DNA of 63,300 nt, filler included, from Hyphochytrium catenoides (GCA_900088475.1; 7 parts of 7 records of this genome joined end to end with filler, not necessarily neighbours in it); one strand, 5' to 3'. Shown: positions 10,567 through 24,302, counted from the first letter of the whole stretch. The notes: generated by a model from the sequence alone, not told the origin. A program made the numbers and translations.

Positions 10567-11542
10567 ATGCAGATCATGGACTTGCAAGGAGACGGCAGTC
10601 GGAAACAGGGAGGATCTCCTGCAGCCGGACGATTGTCAGCTCTAAGGACATGGAACCAGAAGGGAGCTGCCAAACTTCACTCACTGTGTCATCTTCCTAA
10701 CAGTAAGTACTTTCATTGCTACGGTGAGGAGTTCTAGCCCATTTATCGGTAATTCTTCTGCGTATTCCTTAGAAAGAACCACGGAGTCCCAGCCCCAAGC
10801 TGTTCTAGTGCCAGAGGAAGACGATCCCTCAAGCAGTGAGGAGGAAGGAGAAGAGGTGAAAGAAGGAAGTAAGACACTGGTGCTTCCACCACTACGTCTA
10901 CTTGCGGTACAGACCTCAGGGCCTCTATTCCATGAAGGGAGTCAAGATGAGCTTATGGCCTCAGAATATCGAAACAAGTCTCAAAAGCCCGTCACCTCCA
11001 CTGGAGAAGTACGGGCAGCCTACCGAGAGCGTCGTCTGAAGTTGGAGAAGCATCGCTTCAAAGGACAGCATGGGACCACAACCTTACCGCGCAAGGCAGA
11101 TATTTCGCAAAGGAAGCGTGACAAAAAGGCCAGGACACGGAAGCCGCCAGAACGGGAACTTCAATCTGAGCAACAGCATCCTCAAGATGAGAGTATTGAG
11201 GAGAGATTAGAGCTGTCATCTACTCTTCCTCACCTCCAACCCGAGGCGACAGGTGTTAGTGTGGCGGCCGTCATTGATGATATTTGCTATACGAGGCTTT
11301 GCTGTAATGACCTGTATCGCATGGAGCTGCTCTCTCTGGTGCGGAGCTACTTGCAAGAAGATCGCCCTGTGAAGCTGAGAAGTAGGGGCGATAACTCCTC
11401 ATGCAGACTGGCCCTGCAACTGATCTGTATGGAATCGTCAGAGTATTGTCACCGAGATCAGGATATGGATGTATCTCTCACTGCTCACGGAGGAGAGCTC
11501 CTTCTCCTTCCTCGGCCGGACACGGTAGCAGACCGACTTTGA
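10567..11542 (+). CDS. Hypothetical protein (2 exons), largely disordered and charged
   Basis: ATG 10567 exon ends at a gtaagt donor (~10703), and a ttccttag acceptor joins in phase to the 272-aa ORF. No recognised domain. Confidence 0.5.
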
Positions 11543-11673
11543 TAATTTTCAAGTCATTTACTGTCAGAGGGCGGGATGACTTATACACTAGATAAGTAAG
11601 AGGAGAGCTATCTGTGGCTGTAAGAGAGAGGATAGAATGGGGAATTTAGCAGAAGAAACGGGGGATGGATGGC

Positions 11674-12678
11674 CTACTTCGACCCTTCTGCCTTGTTCTT
11701 CCCGCGGCTACGTCGGCGCTTTTTACCCGAGACGGGAGTTTTTGGGGACTCTTCGGCTCCCTCATTCTCTCCCTCCACTTCCTCTTGGACTGCTACGGTC
11801 GGAGCAGCCTTTGCACCTTTTGCGGCCCGATGGCGCGAGGGCTTAGGTGGCGGTGAAGCCTTCCCTTCGGCGGGCGCCTTAGCCTCCATCACCTCTTCCC
11901 GGCCTTCCGTCTCCTTTGGCTTGGCATCCTTCTTACCCTTGTCCCCTTTACTCTTGCCCTTTGCGGGTTCGTTCGCTTGTTTCACTTCAGCCGCGGCCTC
12001 TGGAGACGGGCTCTTCTTGGCTCCCTTGCTGGTATCCTTCACTGCGGGTGGAGCCTTAGGCTGGCTCTTCGTCTTAGCCTTTTTGGCCTTTGGCTCCTCG
12101 CTTGCTGACTCCTCAGTCTTTGGCGCCGTAGCGTCAGCGGTCGGTGCTTTCCGCTTCTTCTCTTCCGTCTTTGGCTGCTGCTGCTTAGCAGCAGGGCTAC
12201 CCTCTAAAAGGGCTTGACCCTTCTTGCCTCCACCTGCGCCATGGAAGGCAGGAAGAAGGTAGACCGAGTCATAATCTTCAAAGGCTTGACCGTTCCTCAC
12301 GCCACGGGGAAGGTCGACCTTCTTTCCGCTACCTGCGGGCTTCATCTCGGCCTGTAGGCGATAGGAAGAGGCCGGCGTGGGTATGGCGTTGTCCTGGGGA
12401 TAGAGTTGGTTGTGAGTCTTGATGATGTCCACTATCGTCGATTCCACAGTTTTGCCATTGGGAACAATGACTAGGAAGAGCCTGTTCTTTCCGCAATGGG
12501 CGTACAATCTGCGAATAGGGCGAGGTTGCTGCGCAAGGGGCCCACCAGCATTGGAAGCGGTGGCAAGCTTATTCTTTGCTTCTTGTCCAGCTGGCTCTTT
12601 CTTCTCCTTCTTTGGCTTTGCCTTTGCTCCAGCTTTGGCAGCGGCCATAGGAGGCTTTTGAGGCGTAGAGGTGGACAT
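11674..12678 (-). CDS. Intronless Lys/Ala/Glu-rich, probably nucleolar protein with a Net1/Dnt1-N (or coilin-N)-like domain
   Basis: 334-aa ORF. The globular segment LFLVIVPNGKTVESTIVDIIKTHNQLYP...YRLQ...VDLPRGVRNGQAFEDYDSVYLL is flanked by histone-H1-like tails. NLS-like KKRRRSR. Confidence 0.7.
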   Translation of the reverse strand: MSTSTPQKPPMAAAKAGAKAKPKKEKKEPAGQEAKNKLATASNAGGPLAQQPRPIRRLYAHCGKNRLFLVIVPNGKTVESTIVDIIKTHNQLYPQDNAIPTPASSYRLQAEMKPAGSGKKVDLPRGVRNGQAFEDYDSVYLLPAFHGAGGGKKGQALLEGSPAAKQQQPKTEEKKRKAPTADATAPKTEESASEEPKAKKAKTKSQPKAPPAVKDTSKGAKKSPSPEAAAEVKQANEPAKGKSKGDKGKKDAKPKETEGREEVMEAKAPAEGKASPPPKPSRHRAAKGAKAAPTVAVQEEVEGENEGAEESPKTPVSGKKRRRSRGKNKAEGSK

Positions 12679-13571
12679 CTTTCTGTAGCTTTCAATGAGT
12701 TGTTTTCTCTTCCTTTACAGCCCAAAAGACTGCGTGGTATGACCTCGGGGAAATTACCAGACGTCAACGTGCTCAATAGAGATATGAACCAATGCTCCGT
12801 ACGGACGGGGAGGTCTAGCGTACAATAGTTCTAAGGTAAAGGGAGTCAGGATAGACCTCTAGGACTTGGGATACTTTCAAACGATGGTATCACGAGCCGC
12901 CCTTCTTTATAAGCTCTCGAGCTGCAGCATTTACTAGGAAGTGTACGTAGCTCTTGTCAACTGCTACTACTGCGGCGGCATCCCTGTATGAGTATAAGAG
13001 TGCTGACCTGCTTGCCGCTGGCTGTTCACCTACCTCTAGCAGGGCCTTCAAACAGCTGTTTTAAACTCTTGTGATCGGTCCACAGTTCCATACATAATGT
13101 TAGGCAGCGGAAGGGCGAACAATGACTGGTAAGCGGCACTCGAGATTTGAATTTAGGGGCATATTTGACGTTGGTACTTGGCATCAAGGGCTGTCAATAA
13201 AAGCGTGAGGTGTGAGGTTTTACACCACTCTATTTCTAATAAAACAAACCAAACCCCCACCTTGACATGAACAACGCTTCAATCAGCTTTGTCCAGTGTT
13301 CTACTCGTAGAATGCAAGCAGAAACAACCTCTCTTCTATGCCACGACCCACGGCGCTTCCATCGTTGCGCTGGCACCACTAGACTTCGTCAACAGAGGTG
13401 CTTGCTGAGTTTTTCAGTTTGACTTGTTTGAAACCCTACGAGGAAGATTATTCTAGCTAGTTGAAGGGTTTTATAGATAGTTCTGCATAAAAATAGAAAC
13501 TGGAGCCTTCCTTTCTCTTCCTCTTGGCAAATCCCTGGGACACTCACAGCTGCTCCCAACAAGGCTGCTCC

Positions 13572-13739
13572 TCACCATTTCCTGGTAGATAGGGCCTTTA
13601 ATGCCATCAAGTCCTCGACTTCATCAGCGATGAGGATGATGTTCCTCAGTCCAAGACCACCCTCGACAACAGGAGGTGGAACTTGTTGACGGTCTACTGC
13701 TCTCCTCTCCCATGTCCTTCGCCATCTCGTACCATCTCT
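13572..13739 (-). mobile_element. Degenerate non-LTR retrotransposon remnant (post-RT region)
   Basis: The minus strand reads WERRAVDRQQVPPPVVEGGLGLRNI...MALKAL, resembling the LINE P-x3-GGLGL motif. No ATG, early stop. Confidence 0.35.
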
Positions 13740-14188
13740 GTTAAAACACTCTCCTTACTAAGCGATTGAGCCGCCAGCGAAACATACCGTCGGCGGTGAT
13801 GCCGTGTTAATAACAACGAAGCCATTGAATTACCCGCGTTTCCTCAACCACTATCACGACGAGAGAATTCCACGCGCGGACGGAAACAACGCCACCTCAG
13901 CTGATTTTGACTGAGCCCATTAAGTGCTGCCTCCCTTCCTTTCCCGTCTTCCTTCAAAGTAATGCTCCTTGCGATATCACTTACCGCCGTCAATAATCAG
14001 TTGCGTGCCGTCTCAAACGAACTGCGGTTGTGGGAATTTGCTTCTTCACGCACTTTGGTTGAGTGGATTTGGAAACCTGATAAATGTTCCTCTTCTTCAC
14101 TTGATTGCAAATTGTTAACTGGGATGGATGGCTAGTGTCTCTTCTTCTTGCCGTTCCCCCGTGATTGTCGCGGATGATATTTCATTTC

Positions 14189-14262
14189 CAATTCCGCCGC
14201 TCTTGGGGTGTCTTCGTTCTCAATTCCGCTCCTCTTTGGGATCTCCGTTCTCAATTCTGCCG
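14189..14262. repeat. Degenerate 31-32-bp tandem repeat, ~2.3 copies
   Basis: caattccgc...cgttct units start at 14189, 14221 and 14252. Confidence 0.7.
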
Positions 14263-15697
14263 TTTCCATATCGTTTTGAAGTCTAATTGCCCGCTTGCTC
14301 TTTATTGATAGTCCTCGTACTCATTTCTTCGTAATCAGGAGCGAGATAGATAGGCCGTGGTAGTCTTACGCGAGATTCTCGTCATTTACATTTCTGCCCG
14401 TAAGTCGGCGAGATATCGCCGCCCTCTTCTTCCAAAGCGGTGGCAGCAAGGGTGCCATAGCCGCCGTCGTGAAATCTCTTCTTCTCAATTTCAGAGTCTG
14501 CCCCGAAAGGCGCCACAAACAAGGGATCGAATGCTGGAGAAGAGGCTTAGGCCATTAGACAAGGAAAGGAGAAGGGAATAAGAGAAAGAACGCGCGGAAA
14601 GCAGAAGCCCGAGATGAGGACGTTGTTATAAATATAAAGTAAATAGAAGTACGGGAAGGGGGGCAGGGTATACAGACATAGAGAGTGCCAACGGGGAGGA
14701 TAGTGGAAGATCAGCACTTCTTGCTTGCTGCGCCCCATCACTATACTACTATCATCGCGGTAGCGGTAGCGGCATCACTGCGCACTATAACCGAATGTGC
14801 TGTGCAAATGGCCGCTAGAACAGCGGCAAGAGAAGAAGCAGTCGATGCAACAGAGGAAACTTTGTCCTCCACGTTCGACTCGTCTTTCTGGAAAGAGATG
14901 CCTCAGAGACGAGATGTAAAGGAAGGTCATCAGGAGCTTCTCTCGCAGCTGTTCTTAGACTTTCGTCACGAAATGGTTGTGGCGGCAAACAACCATTTTG
15001 CTGGCTCCTTACCATTCATGCTTCTAACACTTGCTCTCTCTCTCTCCAACTTGCGTCTTCAAACGAGCGGCGCAGCTGTCTTCATCAAGAGTAGAGTATG
15101 TGACAAGCCCAGAAGGGGAAGATATGGCTAATAACACGCGAAGCGACGAGGGAGCGCAGGCGAGACTTTCATGCGGTCAATGTATGGGATTCAAGTGTAT
15201 AATCCTTTCTGGACTCGTATCAGTACTCGTAGTTGATCCTCACTTTCTCAACCGTTAGCGGCACCTTCTGAAACTCCCTCAATCGCTTCATCAGAATTAT
15301 CCGCGAAGCTGCTTTCTTATGTTGGGAATTGGGTCCATCAGACAATCAGCCAGTGGGAAAGTCAGAAGGCGCCAGAAGGCAGAGTATAATGGGAAAGTTA
15401 GAGAGAGTGAAGAGAACGAGAAGAGAGGAGAGGAAAAGAATGCATGGAGAGAGACGGAAAAGGAGAAAGAAAGAAGGGGCGAAGAAAATACGAGACGGAC
15501 GGATAAGCGACGCCGACGCTTGCGCTACTTATGGCGACCGACTGAGCGTCTCAGGGGTTAATCGCTCGCTGTTCACAATTCTCACAGCTTTAAAACACTG
15601 GAAGCAGCGCCTTACTGTCTATAGCTCTTCCGACCCCGTCCAAGCTCTCCTCTTCGGATCAGCGACCTAACTTCTGCAAGGAACCAGGGCGTCCAGG

Positions 15698-17191
15698 ATG
15701 TTACGGCAGAAAGAACAGTATCCGCTCTATATGTCGACGGCAGTCATGACTTTTGAGACGACAGTGCAGGACAGAAGAGGAGAGAAAGAGGAGAAGCAAA
15801 GGGTGATCAGTCCCCAACCCTTTCCGCTGTCTGACCCTTTGGGAGACAAGCAAAGAGAATCGCGAAGACTCAGAAGAGGGCAGAGCATCACAAAAGCAGC
15901 CAGTGGCTCTCTACGGCGTCTCACTCAGGTTACACTGGAGGCTGTGAACTACACCGAGAAGCTGCTAAGGACAGCTACGGAGCTCGTGGCTCTTAAAAAC
16001 CCGGTGGAGGTGATGCCTCGTCCGCCGCCTCTTTCCCTTACCGAGAGGGTCACGTCTCGAATCTTTCGTCGGGCCCTGGAAGAGTTAAAGGTGAGCCTTT
16101 TCTATATGCTCCTCGCCTTTATACCAATCTCCTTTGCTTCCGTGAGCCTATAGCGTTCTCATCTACTCCTATCGACGCTCAAGTACTAATCTCTCTGCCA
16201 GAAGCATTGTCGATCAGTTCCCTATCTCACGTCTCCCCATGGTCTAATTATCCTGCTCCTAGAGCCCTTGCATGCTCTTCGTACGAGTTAAAGTCACCGA
16301 CTACGATTTACCTCCTTCAAGCGAGAGCTTGGATGTCAATCAGGCACGCTACATGGTGCAAGTCACTCTTCAGGGTAAAGAGTACTGTCTCCCAGTGTTC
16401 AAACGTAAGCAAAACGTTGAGCGTTATGCAGTAAAAGTTACCTCCTTTTCCTTTGAGCCACCACAATTTCCTTAACTTTTCCATGAACGCTCTCCTTCTT
16501 AGTACTACACAGTCTTTCGCTTACCATCCTCTTCATCCTACGAGCTACCTAATGCTCTTTATGTCCTCTGTCCCCTCAACCTAGAGCTGAACGCACGGCT
16601 AGGATTCTTTCTCCCTCTAAATCACGCCACGGGAAAACCTATCCTACAGGCCAACCCTAAGATCTTCCTAATTCGTCGCCGTTGTTGCCACCAAGAAATT
16701 ATTGCCTACAAGATCTATGGTATAGAGGAGGATCGCATCCCATGCGCCATTGAGTCGGAGGAAAGAGTCCACCTCCTGGTTAACGGAGACCCTAACCGGA
16801 CAAGGGAGGAGATAGAACGGAACAAGGCCGCCGCAGCGAAGGACCAACAATCTGCTCAGTCAACAGAGGCAGTGAAGTCACGATATGTGAAGGCGTACAC
16901 TCTGTACAGCTCCAGTCTGTTTCGAATTGAGACTCTTTGCTGGTGGGATCGCGTGGTGAGTCCATTTCTGCATTCCTTTATCCTCGATTCCTCTCTGTTA
17001 ACCGTACACTACAAATCTTTGATAACGCCTCTCCTCTTCTTCCGGAGTCCTCTGCAGTGCAATCATTTCGCTTTCTCACTACTTGCCTTGGACCCTGGAT
17101 ACTTAACTCTTAGGTGGATGCATCTACCGTCACGTTAGCACTAGGCCGACCCCTACAACCTGGAGCGGGGTCGTCCCTTGCTGATAGATAA
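15698..17191 (+). CDS. Hypothetical protein, 4 exons
   Basis: Exons 15698-16090, 16263-16374, 16585-16955 and 17114-17191 are phase-consistent with GT-AG sites. No family recognised. Confidence 0.55.
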
Positions 17192-17946
17192 ATGTTAGTT
17201 TCATCAAGCAGAGGACGAGGCGCCCACCAATTTTGCGGCCCGACTAGATAAAGTGGAAGAGTATCGGGATGCGGCCTCAGAATCAGCAACCCATCTGCCC
17301 CTGGCAACATCCCCACGACCTGCGAATGTGCCGCGTGAAGCCTCTGCGCCAAGATGACACCTACCTCCCAAGTGTCAGGGTTCCCTCGAGCGCCGGGCCT
17401 TAGCGACACTGCAGGCAACTCTCTAGCAGAGTCCGCAGAGAACGTTTGGAAGATTTCTGAGTGCCGAGGCAGCTAACTTCATCTGAAGCTCGCAGCCACA
17501 GCCAGTAAGTGCCGTGATCAATGAGACGGCTGTTCCCGAAGGTGTGAGACGGCGAATGGCGAGACTCGCCTCTGTGTCACAGCTCTGCGGCACTTGTAGC
17601 TTTAGCACTTACCTCCAATAGTCGTAATGAGCAGAGAAAAGGCCAATAACACCTATTCTTTAGTAGCAGTGGTAGTATTTGTAGGTACTTGGGGCCTTGG
17701 CTAGTCCTAAGGTATTCGTCCGTGGCCGGATTATCATGAGTGAGGGAGAAGCTTGAAGATCTGGAAAAACTCTACTATAATCTGCTGATGTGAGCTGCAG
17801 AACGTCTGCAAATTGAAGAGCTCCCATCGGGATAAGAGCTGTCTTGGCCGGTATAACCCGCCCCAAGAAAGGGATTTTGCTTTGGGGATGTTGTATGAGG
17901 CAACATTGTCACTAGGCTCTTGGACCTAGTGGATAGTTGTCACAGG

Positions 17947-20900
17947 ATGGCCGGCACAAGGCTGCTTAGTCTCACCCTGTTCGCGCTTCCTTTGATTCTA
18001 GTCGCTCCCTTTGCCTACAACCTTACCCGAGTTCAACGCAGTCCTCTACCTCTTGATGAGATCAAGGAACTGCCTACACTTGGCACGCGGGCCAACGACT
18101 CTCTGTCTCTGCCCCTCTCTTTTATAGCCCCCATAGATGTCATTTTGCTAAGGGACAACCAGGACAAGAGCTGGACTTGTGACTTTAGCAGTGCATTAGC
18201 TGCTTCTGTCAAGGAAGAGCTTCAGCATGCTTTAGGTCAGGACCATAGTGTATTAGCTGCGAGCCAGCGCTAGTCTATGAAAAAGATTGCCTAAAGGGAA
18301 AGGATAGACGGCATATTGGGAGGAGGGCTTTGACCCTGTGTAACCAGATTTTGACGCTCAAGCGGAGGCGAGAGAATAGCAAAACTCTCTTTCAGCTTAC
18401 GCTGCTGCTTCTTTATGATGTTCTTGCTGTCCGTCTATCCCTCTGCCTCTTCCTTCGGTGTGGCTTTACCTGCTTGCTTACTCTACTCTAATGTTGCCCT
18501 CCTCTTGGTGCCTCTTCTCACAGGCTCAGGCGGCCACCATGTGCAATACAAGGTTAGGGCGCTTGAGGTCTCTTCGGCAACAGAAGTGCCTTGTAAAGCC
18601 AGCCAAGGGTCTGCAGCGTCCCTGAAAGCATGCGATGAGGCCCTTCATACACTGCTCAAGGAGGAAGAGAGGGACAAGGCGCATCCGTCTCACAATCTTA
18701 CCTTCTTTTTGCTCTGCGATGTGACCCCGGGCGGAAGAGAGAGTCAGGTAGCGCGAAGGATTAGTGCTGAACTCTTAGGATTCTTGGAGTCAGCAGATTG
18801 CCGTTTCATTCTCTGCGGGGCGATCTTTTCTATCGCTCTTTCTCGTCCGTCTGCCCTCTTTAAGCTCGGTCATAATCTTGTCCCTTGCTGGCAACCCCTT
18901 TTCTTTCCCTTCGCTCTTTTGTTCTGGCTATCTTACACTAAGCTGTACTTAGGACTCTCCTTGGATCATGGGGCGCTATCGCCATGGTTGGTCCCTAATA
19001 CGCAGCAAAGAAGGTACTGCAGGAATCTCTTCACTTCTTACTTTTGGCACGCCTTTCTCTCCTTTCTTGTCCTCCTTCTTTCCTGCAGCTTCTGTCAATC
19101 AATGTCACCTTAATATTGGATGGTCTTTGCAGGCGTTCTACGATCTTTGAAGCCTCTAGCACAAGAGATTGGCAGTAGACTTTCTCCCCGGTCTCTCTCC
19201 CTGGACGGTCTGCATCCATCTCTATCATATCGGTGGGTGGCGTTTGCCTTCTCCACAGATTGTTGAGATGAAGTGACGGCTAGCTATTTTTTTGAATGCT
19301 GCTGTCCTCCATATCCTTCCTACTTCTACCTGGACTCTCTTAAACGTTACTAGGCTCCTGACCAGGTTTCAATGCTCCGTCCATCATGTTCTCTCTCTCC
19401 TTCTTCTTTACCGGTTTTGCTCTTCCCCTCTGTGGTGGGCGAAAGCTATGTGGTTCCTTTCGCACTCTCCGTCCTCTTCGTTTTTGGCACCATCTTGCCC
19501 GTCATGCCGGCATCATGGCAATTTTGCTAAAACAATCTCCGCGTTGATCAGGTTCTCGTTCTACATTTTGAACGAGGATCCGGCATCGCGAGCTTTGAAT
19601 TGGGACTTCTCTCAGGTCTTCAAGCTCTATCTCTCACGGTAAGACATATATTTTAAGAAAAAGCAGCTGATCACGGGGTCCTAGCCAGAAATGCCTGTGC
19701 TGCAGAACGCAAACGTTCCATCGTTTGGGGAAGAGGAGATGTTGGTTAGATCCCTGAATGAATGACCAAAAGAAGAGGAAGATCCTTGGGTGCCAGAGGA
19801 ATGAGTGTTTCTCTTAAAGTAAACAGCTGCATCCACCTTACATATGCCGCCTCTTTAGGTTTCTATCTAAGATATCAGTGCTGGCAGATGTCTCTGTTGA
19901 CTCTCAGGTCCTTCAATATGGAAAACTCTCTGCTGAGGTACAGCACCCTGACGTCCTACCTGCACATAACTTCTTCTCTCATCACTGTCTCTTTCAATCT
20001 TTTCCTCTGTTCCTCTTGTCTTTACTCTTTCTACTTCTCATTCCGTCTCTGTCTTACCTTCGTATTTCTAGCTCTATTCCTCCCCCCAGAGGAAGGTTGA
20101 TCATGTAACAACTATTTCATCCTCTAGCCTTTAGCCCGGGATCCGGACAACCCTAATCGCTCACTCATCTCCTTAGAGGGCCTACAAACGGTAAATAACC
20201 AAGCCCAGTATAACGCTCTTGCCGATTACTTCTCACGCTTGTTATGCTTTCTCCTACAATCTGTGCGGTCCCGCTCTTCTCTCTCCTCTCTTACTCTCCT
20301 AGGTCTTTACATCAATATATTTACCCCTTACCTCTATTCTGCTCTTCGAGCTTCGTGTGGACCTCTCTTATGGCTATGCCCCTCCGACTGCATGCCTAAC
20401 ATCTGTGTTGTATATGTCGTGGCCTAGTTTATGGCAGCCAATGACTGGAGTATCGCGTCTCTGGCTGATGATAGAGCCCAGCATCTGCACTTCATGGTAC
20501 ATCTGCTCTTTGATAGTCTTGCCGATCTCATCTTTCTTCGAGAGTTTTACTTACGTTCCATGCTATATTCATTGTTTTTGTCCCTCTGTGTGACGCATCG
20601 TGCCTGACTGTCCATTTGTTTTCCTCCATGGTGCTAGGTCTTCGTGCCCACTCAAAGTCAGGGGGAGGTGCTCATTGCACACCAAGAACAGCTTTTAGTC
20701 GCCTTTCAAATCCGTGACTGGGGTGGCATTTATATCTACAGCAAACCCAACAGCACCGAAAGGGAATGTATGTTCTAGTGTTCTTTAACTGACCGTTGGT
20801 CCTTTTTCTCCATTCAATGAGGAATCCTTTCTTGTTCCTCTCGGTCATTGCTGGGCCATCTATTCGTCTCTCATTGCGAGAATCCTTCTTTCCTCTTCAG

Positions 20901-22244
20901 TGTTGCTTAAGGTGCCATCCTGCTAGCTTCTCAGTTACACTTAGCCTAACTCTCGAACGTATCTAGCCCTCTGTTGTGTGTCTCATTGCATCTGTCACTT
21001 GAAGAAGACATCAGATTGAAGAAGACATCAGAGCTGATGTCGAGAGACTTTCTTTTCTAACCTGCCAATGGCCCCCCTCCTTAACGTCTAAGATTGATGC
21101 CTTACCAAACCCCTATTCCTCGTCGCAGGTGTGTTGGACAACAGTGAGGCCCAGAAGGTTATGGCTGTGTTTGTGGCGCAACTGCGGTATGTCGTCTACA
21201 TTTTCGCTTAACCTATCGCTAGTATAGTGGGCTGACATACACTCTCATCCTGTTCTGGCTCTCACAGGCAAATCCTAGGCTTTCCCGAGCTGAGCTTCGG
21301 TCGAGAAGCGGCGGGTGGTGCATTCCATTATCTTCCCTCTCCTTATGACGGCCTGGCAGACTGGGAACTGGATGTGATGGTCAATCTTTGGACTTTGAAG
21401 TATGGTGTTAGCCCCACACCCAGATCTCTCTCGTTCTAAGCTCAATATCGGGAGAGAAGAACCCACGCATGTCCCATTCCATAACAGCACCTTCACTGCG
21501 CCTTGGCCTCAGTCCATTAGAATCTGTTCCTTGCCGCCCTTACGAGTCCTTTGTGCCCTGTGCAGACACTACCACAGTGCGGTAAAGACGCTGAGCTCTA
21601 TTGCGCGGCTGGTGGAAGACATTCCTCAAATGACGGTATTGCCAAGAGTTAGCGATCATGTGACTGCGGCTCTTTCTGCTCTGAGAGAAGCAGAGAAGGG
21701 GATTATCTCCTCCTCTTCTTCTAAAGGTGAATCCAGTTTCCTTAGATTGGTTCTCTGTCTATCTTCAAATGCCTTTATCTAAGGTCACTCTTCAAGCTCT
21801 ACGAAACCAGCAACTCCTTACTTTTTTTGAACTGCTCTCCTTATGCCCACACTCTCTTTTTGCTAGAACCCCTTCTCTCATGGGGTCTGTTACCGCCAAC
21901 GTAGGACTCGACATTATGCTCTTTGCCATCATCCTTCTCTCCTTCATAGTTGCTGTTCTGAGTTCTTTCATCTCTGTCTATTTTTGTCCCATCATTGTGC
22001 TGATCTGCTCTTTCCCCGTCGTTGCTCCACGTTAGACTATTGGCATGTCTTGGAGCTTCTTCGCACCTCTTTGAAGCAGGCGGAGCTAGCTTACTATGAC
22101 CCCACTATGGTGCCTCAGCTTTATTTCCCAGATGAGCATCTAGCGGCTGTGTACCTCCCTCTCCTTGCCCCTCTCATTCTCCCATTTGTAGTGGGCTTTA
22201 TAAGGGAGCTGCGGAGTTATAGGAAAAAGATACAGAAGAGCTAG
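17947..22244 (+). CDS. PIGS: GPI transamidase subunit PIG-S/Gpi17 (multi-exon)
   Basis: N-terminal TM then TRVQRSPLPLDEI. Internal motifs FSFYILNEDP...WDF, VSVDSQVLQY, FQIRDWGGIYI, VFVAQLRQILGFP, WELD, KTLSSIARLVEDIPQM. C-terminus AELAYYDPTMVPQLYFPDEHLAAVYLPLLAPLILP. Confidence 0.93.
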
Positions 22245-22940
22245 TACTGCAGTCAACCCAGGGACACTCTCAGTGGAGGAAGGGGATGAAAAGCAATGGA
22301 ACATGGCTGTATATCAGCGAGCGACAACGCTTGTCACCCAACATAGAGACGAAGGGACAGTAAAGTGCGAGAGACGAAGTAGAGGGTGTACTGGAGGAAG
22401 GATTCACAGCGAGACTGAAGTTCCCTATTGTTCCTAGTTTCCTATTCATTCGTGCTACCGCCAGCTGGGCTTGGCGATAGGAAGGTACATGCCAGACAGA
22501 GCAGGAAGATTTTGCTGAGAGAGGTTACTGTCGTGTCACTGGCGCTATCAAAGACAGACAATGGCAAGAACTCAGTAAGACGATAACAGTGCCAAGGGCA
22601 GAAGCTCTCTTCGCCACTCTCTATTCGAGCTGCGCCCACAACCTACAATATCCCTCTCCCGTCTGGCATTCTGATAGCGCCTGCACAGTGTAGCCGTAAG
22701 GAAACAGCGGTTAAAAAGAGTCAACTATTAAGCTGTGGCACATGTGGCGTCAGTCCCCCGTCATTCTCTTCCATCTAGTCTCTACTCTGTCGTCTGGCTT
22801 TCTCTCGTGAGCTAGAATAGTAGGAGCACATAGGTGCATTTACGATCCTTATTAAATAGGTGAAAGACAGAGAGGGAAAGAGAGAGAGAGAGAGATTCAT
22901 TTTAGGTTCTCTTCGCAACGCGTGACTGCTGTTCCTATCC

Positions 22941-23325
22941 TCAACCCTCCTCGTCTTCAAAGTGGAACACAGAGGCGTCGGGATCCTTAGGTTCCTCTCC
23001 GCCCGAGTCTCTAGGAGAGGAGGAAGTCAGATGATCGCTCTCTCTACCGTCAGAGGAGAAACCTCTCGTCCTCACGACTCTGGCCCCTCCGTGTATCCAG
23101 TCACTATCCTGGGATCCGCTTCTATAGACTAACGGGCTTTGATTCTCTCTTTCTTCTCCTTCATCGGTCTCCCCTCCCTCATTGATCCTGAGACCAGCGA
23201 TCCCATGTTCTTCTGGCAACCCATCGGGAAGACGGCTTGAGGGCGTTCTACGGTCTAAGCTGCCTTGAAGGATTGACAACGCGGTCAACGAGGTTGATAA
23301 ACCATTGTCGCTATTCCTTGTCCTA
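22941..23325 (-). CDS. Probable terminal exon of a gene truncated by the contig end (Ser/Asp/Glu-rich tail)
   Basis: Open frame ...SLTALSILQGSLDRRTPSS...DASVFHFEDEEG*, preceded by pyrimidine-rich intron-like sequence. The 5' boundary is approximate. Confidence 0.4.
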
Positions 23326-23817
23326 CTGAGGAAGAACGCGATGATGGTGATGCAACAGAGTTAGCCAGAGGAAGCAGTTGAAGAAGTAGGTACAGAGTAT
23401 GCTCATAGAAGGATTGAGCTGTAAAGAGTACGAAGGCTCGAAGACATGCAAAATGCTTTACGCAAGAGCCCAGCAGAGGACACCCAATAGGAAAGGGGAT
23501 GGAGAGAGATGGAGAGAGAGAGAGAGAGAGAGAGAAGGAAGACACATTACGACAATAGGGAAACAGGCATCACATTGTTCGACAATATGGCTCTGTCAAG
23601 CATGGTGATATGGGTGAGGACACACAGGAATGAAGAAGAGGCAGAAGCAATGCGGAAGACCGAAGAAGAACGAAGCAGCAAACGTGGTGCGCAGCGGCAT
23701 AAGTTACATGAGCTTCAGTTGAGATAGAGAGAGGCAAGAAAGGAGAGTATGGATAATCTCACTCTAAAGTATCTTCAATCCTATCCTCTGATGCTAATCT
23801 GCCGCCTCTCAGCTTTG

Positions 23818-23917
23818 NNNNNNNNNNNNNNNNNNNNNNNNNNNNNNNNNNNNNNNNNNNNTTAATTAATTAANNNNNNNNNNNNNNNNNNNNNNNNNNN
23901 NNNNNNNNNNNNNNNNN
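23818..23917. other. Artificial contig-joining spacer
   Basis: N44-TTAATTAATTAA-N44. Confidence 0.97.
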
Positions 23918-24269
23918 TTTATCGACGCCAGCGCCTACACAGAGGGCGTAGACAAGAGGTAATCCTGGGAGGTGTTCAATCTCTCTCTCTCTCTCTCACA
24001 CACACACCCTCTCTCTCTCTCTCTTCCGGTCGGTCGCCTTGTCTATATTTTTGGCTTTTCCTGTCCTTGAATTTCTCTCTCTACCCGTTTTGTCCGTGGC
24101 ATCTGCTAGGTTGATGGGTAATCTATTTCCTCTCTCTTCAATGACATCCTTGTCTCTCTCTCTCTTTCTGTGAGGCAAAGGCTATTGGTCTCCTTTTGAC
24201 AATCGATCGACTGCCTCTTTCAATTTATGTCCCTCTGCGAACATAGAGACAATACTTATCTCTTTCACC

Positions 24270-24302
<33 letters not shown>

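Noticed and set aside
11669-12217. 182-aa hydrophobic plus-strand ORF
   Set aside because: Antisense shadow of the Lys/Ala-rich minus-strand gene.
14685-15670. Several 70-150-aa ORFs
   Set aside because: No motifs or coherent splice structure.
17110-17866. Minus-strand ORFs overlapping the end of the 15698-17191 gene
   Set aside because: Non-ATG starts; I could not build a phase-consistent model or find a motif.
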